This document shows positions 7,238-14,020 of a DNA stretch of 14,020 bases, in pieces. The notes under the pieces are model-generated. The model saw only the letters and a program-made list of their open reading frames with translations. It ran no database searches and was not told the DNA's origin. Positions within the stretch are counted from its first letter, which is position 1. Every line of letters starts with the position of its first letter. This DNA is from an uncultured Methanosarcinales archaeon (GTDB lineage Archaea > Nanobdellota > Nanobdellia > Woesearchaeales > CAZYIM01). The stretch covers positions 1 through 14,020 of the forward strand of contig CAZYIM010000052.1 of the NCBI GenBank assembly GCA_964647565.1, written 5' to 3'. Position numbers and translations under genes: made by a program.

Positions 7238-8035
7238 CTAATTTTCTCTCTCACACTTATCTTCTAAACATTTCATTATTTTCGGTATAGCTTTCTCAGT
7301 TGCTTTCTCTGCATTTCTTATTATTTTCTTAATGTCTTTAGTATATAGAAATGTCTTGACCTTGACATTAGGCTTTATCAATACTAACTCTTGTTTAAAT
7401 GCCTTGATCTCCCACTTGATTATTTCACTACTCATGATCATGGCAGTCTTTTCAACCAAGGCTAGGAGGTTGGAGTGTGGTGTAACTCTTCTCTTATCAG
7501 GTATTACATCAATAGCTATTGTAAGGTCGCTTTCAGGTACAATGTGCAATGGCATTGAACTTATTACACCTCCGTCTACCAGAATGTGCTTCTTTTTTGT
7601 TATGGGTGTGAAAATACCTGGGACTGCCATTGATGCTCTAACTGCCTCCATTAACTTGCCTGATTTGATAACCTTCTCTTTTTCTGTATTCATGTCTGTG
7701 ACAGTCACCATTAAAGGTATCTTGAGTTCAGAGAACCTTTCGACAGATATATATTTTGAAATCCTCTCGATGAATGATTCTCCTGTTACAAATCCTGCTT
7801 TTGAAAAAGTGAAATCTTTCCAAGTATATGGCTTTTCTTTCAGCACAAAATTTTCAAGGGCTTTTGCATTGGGCCTTGCAGCGTACATCGCACCAACAAT
7901 TGCTCCTGCACTCGTCCCAACTATCAGCGATACCTTGATCTTATGCTTCTCGAGAACTTTTAACACGCCAACATGTGCATAACCTTTTACTCCACCACCA
8001 CTTAGTGCCAAGGTTACATTTTTCTTGATCATCAT
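7238..8035 (-). CDS. Patatin-like phospholipase / NTE-RssA family acyl hydrolase (265 aa)
   Basis: Has the oxyanion motif LSGGGVKGYAHVGV, the nucleophile motif GTSAG, the conserved ASMAVPGIF, and the catalytic Asp motif LVDGG. Confidence 0.93.
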   Translation of the reverse strand: MMIKKNVTLALSGGGVKGYAHVGVLKVLEKHKIKVSLIVGTSAGAIVGAMYAARPNAKALENFVLKEKPYTWKDFTFSKAGFVTGESFIERISKYISVERFSELKIPLMVTVTDMNTEKEKVIKSGKLMEAVRASMAVPGIFTPITKKKHILVDGGVISSMPLHIVPESDLTIAIDVIPDKRRVTPHSNLLALVEKTAMIMSSEIIKWEIKAFKQELVLIKPNVKVKTFLYTKDIKKIIRNAEKATEKAIPKIMKCLEDKCEREN

Positions 8036-8598
8036 ATCGCCTGTATCAGGTTAGTATATACATGAAATCCATCCAATCCAGGTATTGGAAGCATATTGAA
8101 AATAAACAGCCACATATTGATCCTGTTCATCATAAAGACAAAATACCTAAACTTATGGGTCAGATGTGGGTTGGGCAGTATAAAACTGGTCAATGCCCAA
8201 AAGATCAAATGCACTGCTGGTCCTGCGAATGATATCGCAGCATACTGCAGATGTGTTGCCTGGCCCAATATAGATACATAGGCTGGTATGAAGAATATGA
8301 ATCCGAAATTTACCAACTTTAAGATCACTCCCAAGGCCAGCCAGGTATAAGCTGCATGAAACGTAGCTTGAAGTCCAAAATACATGGCCATGAACTTGTG
8401 CCCAAGCTCATGTAATATTATAGATGGTGCAACCAAGATGCATGCAAACCAGAAATCATTCCAGTTGAAACTTTTTTGCTTGACTAAGTTCATCACATTC
8501 TTAACATCGAGTCGCTGCTTGAATATATCTTTGAAAATGAAACCCATGATTAGGGTCATCAGAATGATATCAATAACCTCTTTTATGGTGATGATCAT
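8032..8598 (-). CDS. Site-2 protease, peptidase family M50 (Zn-dependent membrane metalloprotease, 188 aa)
   Basis: Has HExxH (ILHELGH), ISFAGP, and the third-ligand motif FNMLPIPGLDG, with several hydrophobic segments. Its stop overlaps the patatin start (ATGA). Confidence 0.93.
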   Translation of the reverse strand: MIITIKEVIDIILMTLIMGFIFKDIFKQRLDVKNVMNLVKQKSFNWNDFWFACILVAPSIILHELGHKFMAMYFGLQATFHAAYTWLALGVILKLVNFGFIFFIPAYVSILGQATHLQYAAISFAGPAVHLIFWALTSFILPNPHLTHKFRYFVFMMNRINMWLFIFNMLPIPGLDGFHVYTNLIQAI

Positions 8599-8620
8599 GA
8601 TTTTCTTTGCATCTCGGTCA

Positions 8621-8634
8621 TATTTAAATTTTGT
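8621..8634 (-). promoter_or_regulatory. Archaeal TATA box with A-rich BRE for the M50-patatin operon; probably leaderless transcript
   Basis: The minus strand reads ACAAAA-TTTAAATA. The TATA box ends 23 nt before the ATG at 8598 and no SD is evident. Confidence 0.6.
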
Positions 8635-8698
8635 GTCTGGGTTGCGGATTTAAATAAATATAATAAATATTATATCTACTTTTAAGTAGTAAAATAAT

Positions 8699-8713
8699 CG
8701 AAAGGTTTATAAA
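8699..8713 (+). promoter_or_regulatory. Archaeal promoter (BRE + TATA) for the TPR genes
   Basis: Sequence is CGAAAGG-TTTATAAA. The predicted TSS is around 8736-8740. Confidence 0.7.
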
Positions 8714-8771
8714 CCAATCATTCATTCTCAACTATATAAATGGTGATGAAACTTAATGTTTTATTGTCATA

Positions 8772-8777
8772 AGGAGG
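8772..8777 (+). promoter_or_regulatory. Shine-Dalgarno AGGAGG for the TTG start at 8785
   Basis: Sequence is TA-AGGAGG-CGAGAAA-TTG, a 7-nt spacing. Confidence 0.75.
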
Positions 8778-8784
8778 CGAGAAA

Positions 8785-11700
8785 TTGAAAAATTTCTTTA
8801 TTAATAGTATGTTATCCTTGCTACTTGCAACTGGAACCGCAACAAGCATGGCTAGCCCAGCAAAGGTTAAAACCGCTGAATCAACGCTGACCGAGGTGAT
8901 AAGCGAAACCGCTCCGACACAGGACCAGACTCAAATAAGTCCTGTACTTATACAAGAATTCAAGAATAAACAAAACAAGATCGTCGAAAGAAAGGCGATG
9001 ATGGAAGTATACAAACGTAGTGATGATAAGAGCTACAACCAATATTACTATCAACAGCTACCATCATATGCACAGGAATTCAAGGAGTTCTTAGATTTCG
9101 TGGACCAGAAACATCTTTGGCCACAAATCAAGAATCCCTGGTATTTCAAGATTGAGAATACCAAGCTTGAGAATGTACGGGATATGACTCCTATGAAGGA
9201 CAATACTATAGCCTATTTTGAACAGACTATAGCTGAAATGGATGCTGTTTACCAAAAGATTTCTGATAAAAAACCTGTTACCAAGAGAGAGCAGTTCATA
9301 ACAGGACACAACTATGATTATGGAGAGCTTAACTATGCGCTGGCTTCTATTCTGACATTAAAAGGAGAAACTGAGAACGCCCTGGCTGCATGCCAAAAGG
9401 GATTAATGAAAGTACAATCTAAGAAACTACCTCTTCTTGAACAATCTATAAGGATCAAGATGGCCAACCTATTGGACGGTATGGGCAGATATGATAAAGC
9501 AGAATCAGCCCTTCAGTATGTTTATTCTATTGATGCATCAAAGTATTCTTCATATGATTTCAATTATAACATGACCAGGGCACATGAGACTTTAGGCAAT
9601 GTTGCTGATCATAAAGGAGATCAAGATGCAGCAATCCAATCGTATCAGAGTGCCTTGAAATTCACCTCGCCTGATAAGAGCTCATGGGGTTCTATCATGA
9701 TGAATGTTGCAACTCTTCATGCCAAGAGTAGTAATATCAGGGATATGAAACAAACCCTCCGAGAGATAGAGGTGAAAAATAATAACCAGTTAATCACTGC
9801 AATGCTGCTTTCAGGTAACGCACTATATAATACTGGAGACTTTGACAATGCCTCAGATATGTTCTTGCAGGCCTTCAATAAAATTAAAGAGGATCCAAGG
9901 GACAAGACAGAGGCTATTACCAACCTGATCAGATCATATAGGGAGATGGGAAGAGAGGATTTTATACTTGACGTCATGAAGACCGCCAAGGAAGATCCTG
10001 TTGTAAGGAAAAATGACGAAGTCATGTATACATATAGTAAGGTTCTGGTTGATATAGGTACTGATATGAGACTAAAACTGATGCCTAGTGCAGACTATGA
10101 GCGATACTTCAAGGAAGCAGAGAATCTTCTACAATCAAGGGCATTTGGAAAGGACTTAATTAAGGACAGATATGCTACCAAATCAATCCTATTGTTGACA
10201 CAACTCTATATGAACAAGGATGATTTGAGACGGGCTGAAAGCTGTGTGACTTCATTGATTTCAAGCAACACGGCAACTCTTGAGGAATATAGACAATCAT
10301 TTCCAAATGCCAAATATACAGCAGACTTGGTAGCCCAAGGACTTAAATTCTGGGGAGATATATTAGTAGCTAGGAATAAACAATCCAGTGCTGTCACCCA
10401 GTACATGGAAGTCATCAAGGATTTCTCAGTAGCAAGGGATGGTCAGTTGAAAACCCATCAAGATGCTGCAGCTTTGGACTCATGTATAATTGGAGTGACA
10501 AATGTTGGTCACCAATACAGATTAGACGCCAAGAGGCAGAAAGGCTATCAAAGAGAGGGCACTCTTGAAAGAGCATTGGATATATTTGATGATCTAAGAT
10601 CTGAAAAAAACCTTAGCACTGCATATCAGGATGCTACAGATTTTAACATAGGACATGTTCATTTTGAATTTGGTACTGAAAAACACTACGAGGAAGCTAT
10701 CCGAAAGTTCAAGGTGCTTAGGGAAAAGGATCCTGTGAGCAGGCAGAAAGACAAAGCAACTGTGATGGAAGGTATGTGTTGGTTCGAGTTAAGGGATGAG
10801 AAGCGTGCCATAGATCTTTGGCAAAGAGTTCTATCAAAAGGCGAGCATCAGGAAGAGCTTTACACCTTCATGGCTGCAGAAGACAGGCTCCCAAGGATAT
10901 TTAGTGCAACCAAGGAACTTTATAGGAAAGGAGATCGGTTGAAGGCCATCAGCATGTATGAAGGCTTGCTAAACATCATTGATGGACATATCGACACCCA
11001 GTATGATGCTCTATTGGCTTATGAAGTGGCCAAATCATATATAATGCTTAATGATGAAGAAATGGGCAAGGATCAGAGATATACAAATGCTGAGAAATAT
11101 CTTGACAAGTTTTTTGAAAGTAAATATTCCACTCTTAATCAGATCCTATTGCTTAATGCAGAAGATTTAAAATTCGATATTGCATGGGCAAAGGGACTGG
11201 TCACAAGGTATGAACTCGAGAAACAGATAACCAAGACAGAGCACCTTAAGCCTTCTGACATGGAGCAGAAGCTTGCCAAACTCCACTACAGGATGGGTCT
11301 TCTATTCAACCAAGATAAGACTTTGGATACTGAATCTGGAAGATCCAAATGGTATCTTGACAATGCCTTGGACTCCTGGCAAGAATCTGTCAAGAATGTT
11401 GTCAAGGCAGTCAATAAGATGTCTGAGTTAGAGTTTGACTATGATGAGATCAAATATAATCTTGAGTATTTTGGATCTAATTCACTGTATGAGACAGCAC
11501 TTGCTTACATGGAGTTAGGCAACTTGAAAAATGCACTTAACAAGGGATTCAAACCTTTGTTCATTGACTATCCTAAAACTGAAGTTGCTGGAGTTGGTTT
11601 TGATAGGGTCTACAAAGAGACAACGAGCTCTGATGGCAAGGTCTTAGGAAGATGGATAGATCTCCTGACTGAGGTCTACAATTTTGTGCCTGCTGAGCGA

Positions 11701-12489
11701 GCTGACTGGAAGGCTGAGGTAAGGGATGCATTGCTCACTATCACAGACAACAAGTTGATGACAGAGAATAAGTCAACGCTGGAAGCCATTGAAGATGCCT
11801 GTGATTTTATGACTGAGCAAGCTTTGGCGACCCAAATGCTGCCAGACTCAATGAGAGTCATAAATGATAGTCATAAAGACAAAGCACTCATATTTAGAGG
11901 AGATATTGTCTTACGACAAGGCGACCTTAAAAATAAATCTGCATACATGAAAAAAGGGCTTGCGCTCTTTCCAAATAAAAATGCAGGTAAGGCAGAAAAG
12001 TTCTATAACCAGGTCATCATAAATCCTGAGAGTTCTGTATATGGAGTGGCTTTGGCAAAAATGATAAGACTCCAGTTCCTTGATGGGGATTATGCAGAGT
12101 CAAGGAAAACCAGTTTCACCAAGGAGATGAAAGAGATTCAGAAATACAACTCTACAAGAGAAGCAAGAACAGAGAGAGAAGTATACACAGTTCTGACCTA
12201 TATTGCAACTTTTGATCAGAAGACAGCACAGGATAAGATGCAGAACTATCTCCAGTATGCATATGATCTTGGCCTTAAGTTTGATGTCCTTGATAAGACA
12301 CTCTATGTTGCTAAAGAGATGCAATATCTAGACAGCCCAAATGCAAAGAAAGGTAAATATGGCAAGGTCTCTAAATACCTTCTTAACGGACCGCTTAGGA
12401 ATGAAACTTCCAAGGCAAAGGATGCTCCAATTGTATATTATGTTCAGACAAGGATTATAGATCCTTTTGAAAAGATTAACCACAATTGA
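8785..12489 (+). CDS. Large TPR-repeat (alpha-solenoid) protein with N-terminal signal peptide, 1234 aa
   Basis: TTG start with a good SD. The N-terminus MKNFFINSMLSLLLATGTATSMA looks like a Sec signal. TPR-like segments include AHETLGNVADHKGDQDAAIQSYQSALKF, AMLLSGNALYNTGDFDNASDMFLQAF, FWGDILVARNKQSSAVTQYMEVI and SLYETALAYMELGNLKNAL. Confidence 0.88.
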   Translation: MKNFFINSMLSLLLATGTATSMASPAKVKTAESTLTEVISETAPTQDQTQISPVLIQEFKNKQNKIVERKAMMEVYKRSDDKSYNQYYYQQLPSYAQEFKEFLDFVDQKHLWPQIKNPWYFKIENTKLENVRDMTPMKDNTIAYFEQTIAEMDAVYQKISDKKPVTKREQFITGHNYDYGELNYALASILTLKGETENALAACQKGLMKVQSKKLPLLEQSIRIKMANLLDGMGRYDKAESALQYVYSIDASKYSSYDFNYNMTRAHETLGNVADHKGDQDAAIQSYQSALKFTSPDKSSWGSIMMNVATLHAKSSNIRDMKQTLREIEVKNNNQLITAMLLSGNALYNTGDFDNASDMFLQAFNKIKEDPRDKTEAITNLIRSYREMGREDFILDVMKTAKEDPVVRKNDEVMYTYSKVLVDIGTDMRLKLMPSADYERYFKEAENLLQSRAFGKDLIKDRYATKSILLLTQLYMNKDDLRRAESCVTSLISSNTATLEEYRQSFPNAKYTADLVAQGLKFWGDILVARNKQSSAVTQYMEVIKDFSVARDGQLKTHQDAAALDSCIIGVTNVGHQYRLDAKRQKGYQREGTLERALDIFDDLRSEKNLSTAYQDATDFNIGHVHFEFGTEKHYEEAIRKFKVLREKDPVSRQKDKATVMEGMCWFELRDEKRAIDLWQRVLSKGEHQEELYTFMAAEDRLPRIFSATKELYRKGDRLKAISMYEGLLNIIDGHIDTQYDALLAYEVAKSYIMLNDEEMGKDQRYTNAEKYLDKFFESKYSTLNQILLLNAEDLKFDIAWAKGLVTRYELEKQITKTEHLKPSDMEQKLAKLHYRMGLLFNQDKTLDTESGRSKWYLDNALDSWQESVKNVVKAVNKMSELEFDYDEIKYNLEYFGSNSLYETALAYMELGNLKNALNKGFKPLFIDYPKTEVAGVGFDRVYKETTSSDGKVLGRWIDLLTEVYNFVPAERADWKAEVRDALLTITDNKLMTENKSTLEAIEDACDFMTEQALATQMLPDSMRVINDSHKDKALIFRGDIVLRQGDLKNKSAYMKKGLALFPNKNAGKAEKFYNQVIINPESSVYGVALAKMIRLQFLDGDYAESRKTSFTKEMKEIQKYNSTREARTEREVYTVLTYIATFDQKTAQDKMQNYLQYAYDLGLKFDVLDKTLYVAKEMQYLDSPNAKKGKYGKVSKYLLNGPLRNETSKAKDAPIVYYVQTRIIDPFEKINHN

Positions 12490-12508
12490 TTCAAGAAGAG
12501 TTACAAAA

Positions 12509-14020
12509 ATGATACCTTTGATAACCGCGATCCCCGCGCAACCTATTCAATCCGCATATGTTGTACAGGCGGATCAAGATACTTTAAAAAAACTACAGTT
12601 ACCTGCGGAGTTGGTAATTCCAGGATTGCAGGATGTGAAGCTCGATTCGCTTAAAATGGCCAGGATTAAGAAGCTCTATGAAGCAGGAGACTTTGAGGCC
12701 TGCCTAAAAGAGATCGTCAAGTTCAAGAGTCATCTCGAGGATAAAATATTTCCAGATGATCGGCTACCGACAGCAGAAGAGCTCAAGCTTAAGACAGAGA
12801 TTGAGGAACAAGAGATTGAATCCCTAAAACAAAAAGGCGATTTGACTATTGCGGATCTTGACAGGATGAGAATCCACAAAGAAGTTGTGGGTGATACATC
12901 AGGCCTTGCTAAACTTATGATCTATGAAGGAGATGTCAGGTATGATATGGGTCAACCGTTAGAAGCCAATGTCGCATGGTACTCTGCTATGAGTCTGGGT
13001 AAGGGAGACAAGGCAATTGAATTAGAAACTCGTGAGAAGATTGCCAGATCATATCATTATGGCCTTGAAGATTTTGAGAGGGCCTTATATCCCTATCAGC
13101 AACTATTAATTCTCGATCCAGACAGTGCAACAACTTCCAGAGCCAGGCTAAACCTTATGAAACTCGCATCGACCAAGAACAAACATGAGTCATCTATAGA
13201 CCAATTCGATAGGGCTGTTAAGATATACGGATGGTTGAAAAATAAAGATTTCAAAGATTTCCTGAATCCATTCTCAAGGATGATAAAGTATACCCATTTT
13301 AATCGACTGAAAGATGAGGCTGTTGTCAAGGCCAATCAGGCATTGGCTGCAATTGTACAGGCAGACTTTTTGAAGGAAAAGGCCATAGACAGGTACAAAT
13401 ACAAACTAGATCCTCAGAAGGGCAGCCCCGTGTATGACATGGGCGCAGACGGCTACTTGAAGCTGCCTGAGATTGATGCAGCTGAAGCATCACTTAAGGC
13501 AATAATTGAAGACAAGACAAATGTAAGATTTCATCGGTTTGCCTATATGAAACTGTGCGAACTCTATCTGGTGCATGGTAATGGAAAAAAAGTAAGGGCA
13601 ACCCTTGATGAACTAATGGACACCGAGAAAGATTGGAATAAAAAAAAGGGGAGACATAACATATTCACAGAGCTTAACACTGAGGATTACAGATATCTTA
13701 ACTCATTTGAGAATTTCGCTCTTACAGGAGAAACCGATTATAATCAAGAATATAATTATATTGACCTTGCTGATCTGAAGAACATATTTCTTGCCTTATC
13801 ATACGAAGTTGAAGGCAATGGAGACAAGATGAGTAGTGTTATCCAGAACACAACTAAGAAATTAAAAGACAAAGAGGATAAAAAAAGAGTATCTGATCTT
13901 GTCCAGTCCATAAGAGATAAGTTCCTCAAGCAACCCCAGATCATAACTAACGATCATCACAGAATCATGTATTCTTTTAATGAAAACAACAGATTCAATA
14001 TTGGTTCTCAAGTCGAAAGC
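12509..14020 (+). CDS. TPR-like helical repeat protein, partial (>504 aa, runs off the window)
   Basis: Hand translation from the ATG at 12509 is open to the window end: MIPLITAIPAQPIQSAYVVQADQ...LYEAGDFEACLKEI...LMIYEGDVRYDMGQPLEANVAW...KIARSYHYGLEDFERALYPYQQLLILDPDS...AYMKLCELYLVHGNGKKVRATLDEL. It starts 19 nt after the upstream TPR gene. An in-frame TTG at 12467 is an alternative start. Confidence 0.85.
   Translation, partial: MIPLITAIPAQPIQSAYVVQADQDTLKKLQLPAELVIPGLQDVKLDSLKMARIKKLYEAGDFEACLKEIVKFKSHLEDKIFPDDRLPTAEELKLKTEIEEQEIESLKQKGDLTIADLDRMRIHKEVVGDTSGLAKLMIYEGDVRYDMGQPLEANVAWYSAMSLGKGDKAIELETREKIARSYHYGLEDFERALYPYQQLLILDPDSATTSRARLNLMKLASTKNKHESSIDQFDRAVKIYGWLKNKDFKDFLNPFSRMIKYTHFNRLKDEAVVKANQALAAIVQADFLKEKAIDRYKYKLDPQKGSPVYDMGADGYLKLPEIDAAEASLKAIIEDKTNVRFHRFAYMKLCELYLVHGNGKKVRATLDELMDTEKDWNKKKGRHNIFTELNTEDYRYLNSFENFALTGETDYNQEYNYIDLADLKNIFLALSYEVEGNGDKMSSVIQNTTKKLKDKEDKKRVSDLVQSIRDKFLKQPQIITNDHHRIMYSFNENNRFNIGSQVES

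Noticed and set aside
7332..8653. Plus-strand ORFs 7332-7982 (216 aa), 8096-8281 and 8384-8653
   Set aside because: They are antisense to the well-supported patatin and M50 genes and have no recognisable motifs.
13640..13651. A8-G4 homopolymer run as a frameshift or phase-variation site
   Set aside because: The reading frame stays open through it (KKKG) and nothing in the sequence indicates slippage.
9091..13944. Minus-strand ORFs of 61-102 aa inside the TPR genes
   Set aside because: These are antisense shadows of long plus-strand CDSs.

Overview
This looks like archaeal chromosomal DNA. The evidence is three BRE+TATA promoters, a GGTGAT ribosome-binding site and a leaderless gene; the surface-protein domain style suggests a DPANN/Woesearchaeota-like organism, which is inference only. 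On the minus strand, an M50 site-2 protease gene and a patatin-like hydrolase gene are followed by a separate BRE/TATA promoter. After that promoter come an array of eleven phased 10-bp quasi-palindromic repeats (7011-7120), an unannotated 64-aa winged-helix gene with no canonical start codon (apparent ATA start), and a giant modular surface protein gene. The giant ORF starts at 6799, overlaps the HTH stop (ATGA), is >2266 aa and runs off the left edge. It carries PKD, InlB-B/Flg_new, Cys-paired Ig-like and FN3-like modules. On the plus strand are two large TPR-like genes, the second running off the right edge. The giant ORF, the HTH gene and the second TPR gene are missing from the supplied ORF track and were translated by hand. 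The best candidate for an undescribed system is the promoter / 10-bp repeat array / ATA-start wHTH / giant adhesin cassette. No RNA genes, CRISPR arrays or mobile elements were recognised.
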